DNA from: Nitrospirota bacterium
Lineage (GTDB): Bacteria; Nitrospirota; Thermodesulfovibrionia; Thermodesulfovibrionales; SM23-35
DNA: 64,000 nt
Assembly: GCA_963796125.1 (NCBI GenBank)
Contig: CAWCKM010000022.1
Coordinates: 7,269 to 71,268, forward strand
Direction: 5' to 3'
Shown one piece after another: positions 42,231 to 51,299 of this stretch (position 1 is the stretch's first letter; each line of letters begins with the position of its first letter). The notes beneath the pieces were generated by a model. That model had not been told where the DNA came from, did no database searches, and was given only the letters and a program-made list of their open reading frames with translations. The position numbers were made by a program, and so were the translations under genes.

Positions 42231-42272
42231 AGTAATAAATACCTACAAAAAAATCAGACTAATGCGAATATC
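42231..42272 (+). promoter_or_regulatory. Promoter-like motif copy
   Basis: Sequence agtaataaatacctacaaaaaaatcagactaatgcgaatatc, about 60 bp upstream of 42335. Confidence 0.4.
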
Positions 42273-42334
42273 TTTTATACTATTTGTGTTCTATAGTAAA
42301 ACAGCATGAAATAGGTAAGAGGAGGTGATGAGAG

Positions 42335-42523
42335 ATGGCAAGACGTATATCAGCTTTGTTAAATGTGATAGTTGATTTAAAAGTTGGTGGACAAGCAGAC
42401 ATCAAGAACCTGATAGAGCGCCTCGAGTGTAATTGTGTTAATGCGAGCGGAGAGGACGCAAAGATTATTGATGTTAAAATTACAGACCGAAAGCTTCTAA
42501 TAGAAGAAGACACCGAGGAATAA
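42335..42523 (+). CDS. Hypothetical 62-aa protein
   Basis: Strong RBS (gaggaggtg) and the promoter-like motif lie upstream. No family is recognised. Confidence 0.4.
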   Translation: MARRISALLNVIVDLKVGGQADIKNLIERLECNCVNASGEDAKIIDVKITDRKLLIEEDTEE

Positions 42524-42777
42524 TTGCAATAACTATCATCAAATACTTTTCAATAAGTATGGCATAATAAAACTGCGAATTATTAACAGTTAACAGTCTC
42601 ATAATTATAAAGACATAGATGATCCCCCTCACCCTTGCCCTCTCCCTCCGAGGGAGAGGGGATTATAGTGATTCCTCCCCCTTGAGGGTCGCCTCAGGCG
42701 ACTCGCGGGAGGGGGAGGGTTGGGAGAGGGTGAAATGTCAATACTATTTTGAGACCGTAAATAATCAGGAGGGTCTT

Positions 42778-43371
42778 ATGAAACTCTTAAGGATGAGCTT
42801 TGCTCTGTTTTTTATTTTGTTACTCAGTTTTCCCGCTCTTGCAGAAATAAAGCAGAAAACATTTACAAAGGAGGAGATTAAGAAGATGGCTGAAACGAGA
42901 GCTGTTATCGAGACAAAGTTCGGGAACATCGAACTGAAGTTTTTCCCTGATGTTGCACCAGGTCATGTAAACAATTTCATTGAACTCGCAAAAAAGGGAT
43001 TTTATGATGGAACAACCTTCCATCGGGTAATCCCGGGCTTTATGATTCAGGGCGGAGACCCTAACTCAAAAGATCCCGATAAATCAAAACATGGCATGGG
43101 TGGGCCCGGTTATACAATCAAGGCTGAATTTAATGAGAAACCTCATAAAAAGGGAACCCTTTCCATGGCAAGGGCTGCACATCCGGACAGCGCTGGTTCC
43201 CAGTTCTTCATCTGTGTTGCTGACGCGCCTTTCCTGGACAGGCAATACACAGTTTTCGGAGAGGTCGTTTCAGGCATGGACGTAGCAGACAAAATTGTGA
43301 ATCAGTCAAGAGACAAGAGCGATAATCCCCTTGAAAGGGTGGAGATGAAGGTTAAGGTTATCGGGAAATAG
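42778..43371 (+). CDS. ppiB: Secreted cyclophilin-type peptidyl-prolyl cis-trans isomerase
   Basis: Signal peptide MKLLRMSFALFFILLLSFPALA, then FHRVIPGFMIQGGDP and GTLSMARA...SAGSQFFI. ATG 42778 with AGGAGG RBS is preferred. The upstream part of the ORF-track call is repeat sequence. Confidence 0.9.
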   Translation: MKLLRMSFALFFILLLSFPALAEIKQKTFTKEEIKKMAETRAVIETKFGNIELKFFPDVAPGHVNNFIELAKKGFYDGTTFHRVIPGFMIQGGDPNSKDPDKSKHGMGGPGYTIKAEFNEKPHKKGTLSMARAAHPDSAGSQFFICVADAPFLDRQYTVFGEVVSGMDVADKIVNQSRDKSDNPLERVEMKVKVIGK

Positions 43372-43386
43372 CAGGAACAAGCCTTA

Positions 43387-44625
43387 TCAGTCCCGGGTTA
43401 GCCGGAAAGATTTACACAACATAATGGCTTCCTCCGTGAATTTCCAGGCTATTTCTTTATCCCTGATTACCGAGAGGACTTCATCGGAATAGATGCTTGC
43501 CGTGTACCAGTTATAAGACTCGGTGATAACTGTCTGATTATCAAAGACAGCAAATTTGTGGTGTAAGGGAGAATATATGTTTTCCCGGTAGTAAACAAAA
43601 GAAATCTCCATCCATGCGTCCTTCAGACGCTGGATGGGTTCCTTCAATGGCCTCCGGAAATCCTTGTCCCACGCTTCTGGCAGCAGCCCGCTATGGGCGA
43701 TCATTCCATTTAAAATGATTTTTACTCTCACACCCCTGTTCCTTGCATTAATTAGGGCGGATATTACATCTGTTTCATAGTTTTTATAACGACCGGTAAG
43801 ATAGTCCATGTCGAACATGACAACGATTATCGAATATTGCGCATTATTTATTTCTGAGATAATGGCGTCCTGCGGTCTGAAGGAATCACCTGACGGCGTC
43901 AGATGACTTCCAAAGCTGTAGTAGAGGTTGTAGCGGCTTTGTGGTTCAACATGGAGTGTCTGTATTGCTCCACCCTTTATAGCATTATATATATTTGAAT
44001 AAAGGAGAGCAAAATCCGCGGAATAATAAACGAGTGCGTTTTCCCAATTACCACCCCAGAGATGAAAATGAAGGTTATAGGAGCTGGAATGAACTATTTC
44101 TCCGTCAAAGATGATGAACTTCGTGTGCATGCTCGCAATCCCTTCTGACGGATTACCCGGAGTGTTACGAACCACACCGTAGACAGGAATGCCTGCACGT
44201 CTCAGCTTCGCAACATTTTCTGTGCAATTCATAGAGCTTACCGATGCCCAGTCGGCAACACAGTCTACCTCGATGCCGTTTTTCAGTGCATATATGAGAT
44301 GTTCAGCGACATGATAATAATCGAAATCAAAGATTGCCATATGGATAAAATGCCTGCTTCGCGGATTATTCTTTTTCCTTTCTATCACCCAGTCGATATG
44401 TCTATGGATTTCGTGGATGGGATGAGCCGGATCCCATGTATTACCCCGTGTAAAAAAGGGGCGAACAGGGAGGTCATTGTATTCATTATTGATTCTTACC
44501 AGGGCGCGCTGGGTTTTTCCCGGATCAAGTTCGCAAGTGCGGTATCGATTCTCTGTCTTGAACGAGGGGTCGTGAAAGTCATCGGGGTCAATCCGGCACT
44601 CTGTGAAATTCATCGAGAGTAGCAA
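43387..44625 (-). CDS. Phospholipase D superfamily protein with two HKD motifs
   Basis: HTKFIIFDGEIVHSSSYN and HHKFAVFDNQTVITESYN. The start is TTG at 44625 or ATG at 44613. Confidence 0.85.
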   Translation of the reverse strand: MLLSMNFTECRIDPDDFHDPSFKTENRYRTCELDPGKTQRALVRINNEYNDLPVRPFFTRGNTWDPAHPIHEIHRHIDWVIERKKNNPRSRHFIHMAIFDFDYYHVAEHLIYALKNGIEVDCVADWASVSSMNCTENVAKLRRAGIPVYGVVRNTPGNPSEGIASMHTKFIIFDGEIVHSSSYNLHFHLWGGNWENALVYYSADFALLYSNIYNAIKGGAIQTLHVEPQSRYNLYYSFGSHLTPSGDSFRPQDAIISEINNAQYSIIVVMFDMDYLTGRYKNYETDVISALINARNRGVRVKIILNGMIAHSGLLPEAWDKDFRRPLKEPIQRLKDAWMEISFVYYRENIYSPLHHKFAVFDNQTVITESYNWYTASIYSDEVLSVIRDKEIAWKFTEEAIMLCKSFRLTRD

Positions 44626-45007
44626 ATTTGTAGTCGTACCGGGATGGAATCGACCTGCCAGCCTTGTGGATGATGTAGGAGAAGGTTATATATTTTATGC
44701 GTCCGTGGGAGCTCTCGTAGGGGAAAAGAGGAAGCTGATGCGTTTGCCATTTCTGCCAGTTATCGCCCCATTCACCGCAATAATACGTGTCAATGATGAA
44801 AACTTCGCATATGCCCTCTTCCCGGTATACTTTCAGGACTACCTTTAATGCCTTTTTATCTGAATAGTTATAGAAGGAAAAACCTATTCCACCGGGGTAG
44901 TTTGAGATCTGCCAGTTCTGCATATTCGATACGATATGTCTTTCCCCGATCCATTTATATGAGGGAAGGGCGAAATCCTCGGCAACAAACTCTTTTCTGT
45001 TTCTCAC
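44588..45007 (-). CDS. Hypothetical 139-aa protein, operon partner of the Fic and PLD genes
   Basis: Intact ORF. Its ATGA start overlaps the Fic stop (45004-45007) and its 3-prime end overlaps the PLD start. No family is recognised. Confidence 0.5.
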   Translation of the reverse strand: MRNRKEFVAEDFALPSYKWIGERHIVSNMQNWQISNYPGGIGFSFYNYSDKKALKVVLKVYREEGICEVFIIDTYYCGEWGDNWQKWQTHQLPLFPYESSHGRIKYITFSYIIHKAGRSIPSRYDYKFATLDEFHRVPD

Positions 45008-46620
45008 TTTTCTATTCTGTACGAGTAATTTAACCCCTTATTATTAAATAGTCTTCCGCCCTCAGGAGAAACGACACAACAGTTTAAATAAGTATAATCG
45101 TAATGGGTATCCTCGAGTTCTACGATAAAATCAATATCAAATACCCTTGAGCCCGGAATGTCAGAATGTATCTCCTTTATGGAGAAATCATTTGTAAGAC
45201 TGAAAACATGCTCCCATTGATCCTGTCTTTTGTGGGAAAAACCACAATGGACGGTCATACCATACAGGGAATATTCATCGGGAAAGACCACTCTGCATTG
45301 ATCCCTGTATTCCCAGCTTAACGGATTGCTGTCATGCATGAGGTAGGCCTGAAAAGCCACTTCCAACTTCCTTCCATCATCAATCTGTCTGAAATGGAAT
45401 CCACAGTCAAAGGAGACGTTATAGATATGTTTATCGAAGAGGCCTGCAGTTTTCAGTTTCTCCCTTTCATAAAAATAAAGGTCTACTGCCTTCATGATCC
45501 TTGTCTTGATATATTCGTGCATATCTTCCATACTGCCTCCGTAACGGGGCAGTGCAAATACTTCCTCTTCGTATTTGAAACTGAGGGGTGGTATCCCCTT
45601 TTTGAGAAACAGGTAATTTAAAAAGCATCTGCCGACTCTTCCGTTTGAATCGCGGAACGGATGTATACCGAGGAACATGTAATATGATCTGGACAGATTG
45701 TAAATGAAGGCATCAAGATCATGAAAGCTCTGACCGGTCTCCCGCAGGACATGCGATAGGTCGCTTATCTCTCTCTGAAAATTGTTAAAATCGAAGGTTA
45801 CGCCGTTCTTGTCAGGGAAATCAAAGGTCCTGAAATTGCCTGCATCAGGGTCGATGTCTTTCGACAGAACGCAATGAATCCTTTTCAGCATGTCAATGCC
45901 TATGTGGGTAAAGGTATGGAGATTCGAAAATATTTCCCGGCATATGGCGAGCAGGTTTCTCGTGCCGGTAAGTTTTAAATCCCTGGGCGAAAGAAGGTTG
46001 TGATATCCCATACAGCCCTTTGTCAAGGTCATGGATGAGTTTCCCAAATTTAAAAACAACCTCTGAAAAATGGCGGTATTTGTCGGCCACGGGGTTTTCC
46101 TCATGACCTGAAAATAGCGGTTCAGGTTCACAGCCGGTGGATATCCGGCCTTTGGAATATTCTTATGAGGAGGTCTCTTAAGCTTTTTACATAACCCGGT
46201 GATAATGTAATCCGAATTCCCTGAGTCGATGGCTTCCTGAGGAAGACGTATAATCCTTTTAACAGAGGGTATATGTTTTTTAAATCTTTCCCGGAGCAGC
46301 CACGAGAGATGTTCGGCATATTCATTTTTTACTGATACCAGTGCCCCGTAAAGATCCCTGTTGACCCCATAACCACGGTACCCCAAAGAATCTATGACGA
46401 ATTGCCTTTTCTGTATCTCGGTGATTGTACGCTGATAGAGTTCTTTGTTACGGTGCCACTTCTTGTAAAAATTAAGGAGGGTTACGGTATCCCGTGCAGT
46501 CTGAAGTTCCAGTTCTCCGAGTTCGCGAGATACGTTTTGGAACCTCTTTCTGATGGACTCCATAAGGGTATAACATCGGTGATCCCATTGGAAGACGAGG
46601 ACAAAATAGCCAGGATACAT
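45004..46620 (-). CDS. Fic-domain protein with large N- and C-terminal extensions
   Basis: Fic motif HPFRDSNGRVGR (HxFx[DE][GAS]N[GK]RxxR). 538 aa; the start may be the internal MESIRK. Confidence 0.8.
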   Translation of the reverse strand: MYPGYFVLVFQWDHRCYTLMESIRKRFQNVSRELGELELQTARDTVTLLNFYKKWHRNKELYQRTITEIQKRQFVIDSLGYRGYGVNRDLYGALVSVKNEYAEHLSWLLRERFKKHIPSVKRIIRLPQEAIDSGNSDYIITGLCKKLKRPPHKNIPKAGYPPAVNLNRYFQVMRKTPWPTNTAIFQRLFLNLGNSSMTLTKGCMGYHNLLSPRDLKLTGTRNLLAICREIFSNLHTFTHIGIDMLKRIHCVLSKDIDPDAGNFRTFDFPDKNGVTFDFNNFQREISDLSHVLRETGQSFHDLDAFIYNLSRSYYMFLGIHPFRDSNGRVGRCFLNYLFLKKGIPPLSFKYEEEVFALPRYGGSMEDMHEYIKTRIMKAVDLYFYEREKLKTAGLFDKHIYNVSFDCGFHFRQIDDGRKLEVAFQAYLMHDSNPLSWEYRDQCRVVFPDEYSLYGMTVHCGFSHKRQDQWEHVFSLTNDFSIKEIHSDIPGSRVFDIDFIVELEDTHYDYTYLNCCVVSPEGGRLFNNKGLNYSYRIEK

Positions 46621-46627
46621 GGATTCA

Positions 46628-48142
46628 CTAACCCGGTCTTTTTATTTCAATCGTTGCAAAGACACCTATATGATCACTCAGGTCAGGATCCTTGAGGATC
46701 AACTCCGCTGAAATGAAATTCACGTCCCCTTTTATCATGATATAGTCGATGCGCTTATGGGGATTTGAGGAATCAAAGGTATTACCTCCTGAGGCGTGAA
46801 GATTCCGAAAAGCATCTTTGAATCCTTTTTTTCTCAAGAAAATCATGGCGGGTGAATCTTCCACATCATTAAAGTCCCCAACCACAACGTAACAATAACC
46901 CTGCTTCTTTTCGAATAACCGATCAAGCTCCCTTAACAATTTTTCAGCCTGTGCAAGCCTGATCTTCTGATCTTCATGATCAAGGTGTACATTTACGAAA
47001 ATAATCTTCTGTTCATATATTTCCACCTCGGATGCTATTGCATATCTTTGAAGGCGAGGGACAGGTCCATCGAGGCCATGGGTCAAATCTATTCTCTGGG
47101 GATTTTTGAGGTCGTGTCTTGCCAATATAGAAAGACCCTCAGGAAACTTGTCCATAAAGAGATGTAAGAAAACGTAGTGTGTACGATAAAAATATCCTGT
47201 CATACGCGACATCCACTCAGCTACCCGGGCACCGGTATTTTCGGGACCATCGCTGCCGATCACTTCCTGAAAGGCACCAAGATGGGGATCAAAGTTACTG
47301 AGTTCTTTTGCGATACGTCTGAATCTCAACCCATTGTTTGTATGGGTTCCGTGAAGATTATAGGTAAAGATACGGATGACCTGAGGATGAATCGAGCGAA
47401 ATCTCTGAAAATCATCATCTGTGAGTATCCCGGTTACCCCGAATTGAGAAAACCTGTCATGAAGTCTCAGGATATATTCTGGAAGGGCATTGTACTGTCT
47501 CGAGATTGTCTGAAGGGGTGTGCCTGACCTGAGCAAACGGATCATTTCGAGCCTTCTTATTATCGGATCATCCTTATTCAGGTTATCGAACCAGTTTCTG
47601 ACGCCGGAGTCCGGTAAAATGCCGGGAATGCCATTCAATGAAAATGAAGCATTTAATCTGTAAGGGTATTCAATATCCCTGTTGAATTGTTGAGCGACCT
47701 TTTCAGGAGGAACACCGATCCTCAAGAGGCGTATCATCTCGAGTCGTCGTAACGTCTCATCTTGACTATCAAGAACATCAAGCCATTTTTCGGCAGTAAA
47801 TTCCCTGCTGAAATCTGTTTTAAGGAATCCTTCCTTCATCCACAGACTGACAAGTTTGTCTGAGAGTGGCTGCTCTTGTGTCATCAGTTTTTTCAACTGA
47901 AAGCGTAGGGCGGCAAGAGAATCCTCTTTATAGGGGTTTTTTGCCGCCTCGAGAAATGCCTCCTTAAGGAACGGCTTTTTATCAATCTCTGGTTTAATAA
48001 TATCCCATGCCGTCTTAGCTATTTCCCAGGCATAAAGACTACTTCCTTCGTCATGGGAATCCCCGTCTCCCTCTAATAGGCGGGATAGGAAAGGTATGAG
48101 GAGAGTGACAAGGACTGAACTCGATAAAGAAATATTATCCAT
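46628..48142 (-). CDS. Endonuclease/exonuclease/phosphatase (EEP) family protein with two tandem HTH-like N-terminal repeats
   Basis: The EEP blocks are IFTYNLHG, FQEV, VVVGDFND, RIDYIM and LSDHIG. Upstream are duplicated RRLEMIRLLR(I/S)G(V/T)P...(L)NGIPGIL/FGVTGIL units resembling transposase-type HTH domains. RBS GGAGGA. Confidence 0.8.
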   Translation of the reverse strand: MDNISLSSSVLVTLLIPFLSRLLEGDGDSHDEGSSLYAWEIAKTAWDIIKPEIDKKPFLKEAFLEAAKNPYKEDSLAALRFQLKKLMTQEQPLSDKLVSLWMKEGFLKTDFSREFTAEKWLDVLDSQDETLRRLEMIRLLRIGVPPEKVAQQFNRDIEYPYRLNASFSLNGIPGILPDSGVRNWFDNLNKDDPIIRRLEMIRLLRSGTPLQTISRQYNALPEYILRLHDRFSQFGVTGILTDDDFQRFRSIHPQVIRIFTYNLHGTHTNNGLRFRRIAKELSNFDPHLGAFQEVIGSDGPENTGARVAEWMSRMTGYFYRTHYVFLHLFMDKFPEGLSILARHDLKNPQRIDLTHGLDGPVPRLQRYAIASEVEIYEQKIIFVNVHLDHEDQKIRLAQAEKLLRELDRLFEKKQGYCYVVVGDFNDVEDSPAMIFLRKKGFKDAFRNLHASGGNTFDSSNPHKRIDYIMIKGDVNFISAELILKDPDLSDHIGVFATIEIKRPG

Positions 48143-48198
48143 TCCACATTTTCCTCCTAAAGGTTATCAGAAGGTTTCTTTTAGAGTCAATTCTTGTG

Positions 48199-50410
48199 CT
48201 ATATTTCAGGTTTGAATATTAAGACAGATAAAGGAGGAAGAACGATATTTATAGAATACGGTCTTCCCTGCCAGGGTATTTCCTCTGAATGTACTCCGCC
48301 GGCATTGCCCAGATTACTTCCCCAGTATATTTGGGAATCGCTGTTCAGTAGTCTCTTTATAGAAACAGTGTTCAGGAACGCCAATTCGGTATCCCATTCT
48401 CGGAACGGGTGTAAAATTACAGACAATCACAAGAAAGTCCGCAGGATTCTTTGCTTTTCTTATGAAGGAAATTACACTATGGTCAGAATCGCGAAAGTCT
48501 ATCCATTCGAAACCCTCGTAACTGAAATCCACCTCATAAAGAGCAGGCTCAGATCGATAAAGATAGTTGAGGTCCATAACATATTTTTGCAGACTACCTG
48601 TGTGGCCTGAATTTCAGGAGGTGCCAGTCGAGACTCTTATCGTGATTCCATTCGTCCCATTGTCCGAATTCTCCACCCATAAAGAGGAGTTTTTTCCCGG
48701 GGTGACTGTACATATAACCATAGAGAAGTCTCAGGTTTGCAAACTTCTGCCACATATCTCCGGGCATCTTGTTAAGCATTGAACGTTTACCATGAACAAC
48801 TTCATCATGTGAAAAGGGCAGGACAAAATTTTCTGTAAATGCATAAAGGAGACTAAAGGTAATATTATTGTGATGATACTTCCTGTGTACGGGTTCCTTT
48901 GACATGTATTCAAGCATATCATGCATCCAGCCCATATTCCATTTCAGACTGAAACCGAGACCGCCAAGGTATGTTGGTCTTGAAACACTCGGCCATGCTG
49001 TCGATTCCTCAGCAATGGTAAGTATCGCCGGGATGATAGTGGTGAGACAATCTCGTTTAAATTTCTTGAGGAAATATATGGCCTCAAGGTTTTCCCTTCC
49101 GCCAAATACATTTGGTATCCATTCACCCTCTTTTCGTGAGTAATCAAGATAGAGCATTGATGCAACGGCATCTACGCGCAAACCGTCAATGTGGTACTTT
49201 TCAAACCAGAAGAGGGCATTTGATATGAGGAAGTTTCTCACCTCATTCCTTCCGTAATTGAATATTTTTGTTCCCCAGTCAGGATGAAATCCTTTCTTTG
49301 GATCCGTATGTTCGAAAAGGCATGTGCCATCAAAATAGCCGAGTCCATGTGCATCGGCTGGAAAGTGCGCAGGCGCCCAATCAAGAATGACCCCTATGTT
49401 GTTCTGATGACATTTATCTACAAAGTACATAAAATCTTCCGGTGTACCATGCCTGCTCGTTGGAGCAAAATATCCAATTGTCTGGTAGCCCCATGACGCA
49501 TCAAGGGGATGTTCAGTTACAGGAAGAAGTTCTATATGGGTATAACCCATGCCTTTTACATAACCTACGAGCCTGTCTGCGATCTCTCTGTACGTCAGGA
49601 ATCTGTTGCCTTCTTCAGGTACCCTCATCCAGGAGCCGAGATGAACTTCGTAGATAGAGACAGGGGATTCAAGCCAGTTCTTTTTCGAACGCATCTCCAT
49701 CCATTTTTTGTCATTCCATTTATACCTGTTTATGTCATAGACGATCGATGCACTCTTCGGCCGCACTTCAAAATAAAAGGCGTAGGGGTCTGCCTTAGGA
49801 GCAATATATTTTTTGGACCTCGATTTAATTTCAAATTTATAAATTTCTCCTTCTTGAAGACCGGGGATGAATATCTCCCATATTCCTGAATGATCCGAGC
49901 ACACGCATCTGATGTCTTCTTCCATCCCAGTTATTGAAGTCTCCGATAACGCTGACGCGTTTTGCATTGGGTGCCCATACAGCAAAGTGAACACCTTTTA
50001 TGCCGTTTATGGTCATGATGTGTGCACCGAGCTTTTCATAGTTTTTGTAATGCCTTCCTTCACCTATAAGGTGGAGGTCAAAGTCAGAAAGCACAGGCAG
50101 AAAGCAATAGGGGTCATAAAATTCAGATATCTTTCCTTCATGAGATTTAATCTTGAGAGAATAAGGGAAGACCCTTTTTTTGTCGATTATTGTCTGGAAG
50201 AAACCGGCATCATGGATTTTTTCCATTGGATAGGATTTCTTTTTTTCCATGTCTACTACCCATGCTTCCTGGGCCTCCGGAAGAAAGGCACGCACCGCTG
50301 TCCTTCTTGTTCTCTCCATCAATAATATGCATGCCGAGAACCTGAAACGGGTCCCAGTGATTAGCATTCACAATGTGCTTTATGTGTTCTTTCAGTTCTT
50401 TTCCGGTCAT
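48199..50410 (-). CDS. glgB: 1,4-alpha-glucan branching enzyme GlgB (GH13); at least 4 apparent frameshifts
   Basis: N-terminal [10 protein letters not shown]. The core ORF 48594-49994 has [44 protein letters not shown] and [12 protein letters not shown]. The C-terminus lies in ORFs 48314-48577 and 48199-48426. Confidence 0.85.
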
Positions 50411-50579
50411 GGTTCTCCCTCTATTATTCTATGAAGATTAGTATATATTATTTGAATTCTTTCAGTGTCAAGTTGAACCCTGAATGAATGTGTCATGCTG
50501 AATTTAGTTCAGCATCTCTTCAGGGCAGGCTTGTTTAAGCATCTCTCAGAACATACCTATGAACTCAGTTCCAGAGGTT

Positions 50580-50647
50580 GTCATTCACGCTGTCGAGAAT
50601 CCTTCTGCAAGCGAAGATAACATTCTGTGCCTCCAATTCACAATGAC
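50580..50647. repeat. MITE-like palindromic element, diverged; a related half-copy lies at about 50492
   Basis: Sequence gtcattcacgctgtcgagaatccttct...cctccaattcacaatgac. Confidence 0.5.
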
Positions 50648-50734
50648 AGAATTGATTAAGACTAGCATAGTTTCAATAATCTTCCAGCATTGACACCTAG
50701 TAGACCCTGGAACACCTTGACTCATCGGATAGTG

Positions 50735-51194
50735 CTAGAGGAGAGACTTTATCTTCTTCGAATCTATCATTATTGTCACCGGCCCATCATTAATGAGATG
50801 CACCTGCATGTAAGCACCAAAGTCACCTGTGGCTACGGTGATATCCTGTTGCTTTAGCATGGCAATAAATTTCATGTACATCTCTCTTGCCTTTACCGGC
50901 TCTTCAGCCCTGTCAAAAGAGGGACGGTTTCCTTTCCTGCAATCCGCTGCAAGGGTAAACTGAGACACAACAAGAATTTCACCCTTTATATCAAGTATTG
51001 AGAGATTCATCTTTCCCTGATCATCTTCGAATATTCTCAGATTGGAGGCTTTTTTTACAAGGTATTCAAGGTCTTTTTCTGTATCATCTTTTTCAACTCC
51101 TAGAAATATGAGAAGACCCTTGCCAATCTTGCCAGATATCTTTCCTGTCTATGTGGACTTCTGAACTTTTTACACGCTGTATAAGTGCTTTCAC
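50735..51194 (-). CDS. dtd: D-aminoacyl-tRNA deacylase; apparent frameshift near 51140
   Basis: GTG start [16 protein letters not shown]..., then [14 protein letters not shown] in a shifted frame. ORF 50735-51010 carries VVSQFTL and NDGPVTI motifs. Confidence 0.85.
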
Positions 51195-51201
51195 GATAAA
51201 T

Positions 51202-51288
51202 AAGGGTTCAAGGATTCGAGGATTCAAGGGTTCAAGGGTTTTTCTGCAGTTCACTTGACCCCTTGAATCCTTGACCCCTTGAATCCTT
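51202..51288. repeat. Large imperfect palindrome built from tandem GGATTCAAGGG(G/T)TCAAGG units
   Basis: Left arm is aagggttcaaggattcgaggattcaagggttcaaggg. Right arm is cttgaccccttgaatccttgaccccttgaatcctt, followed by a T-run. It lies between the GH57 stop and the dtd start. Confidence 0.65.
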
Positions 51289-51299
51289 TTTTTATTTGT

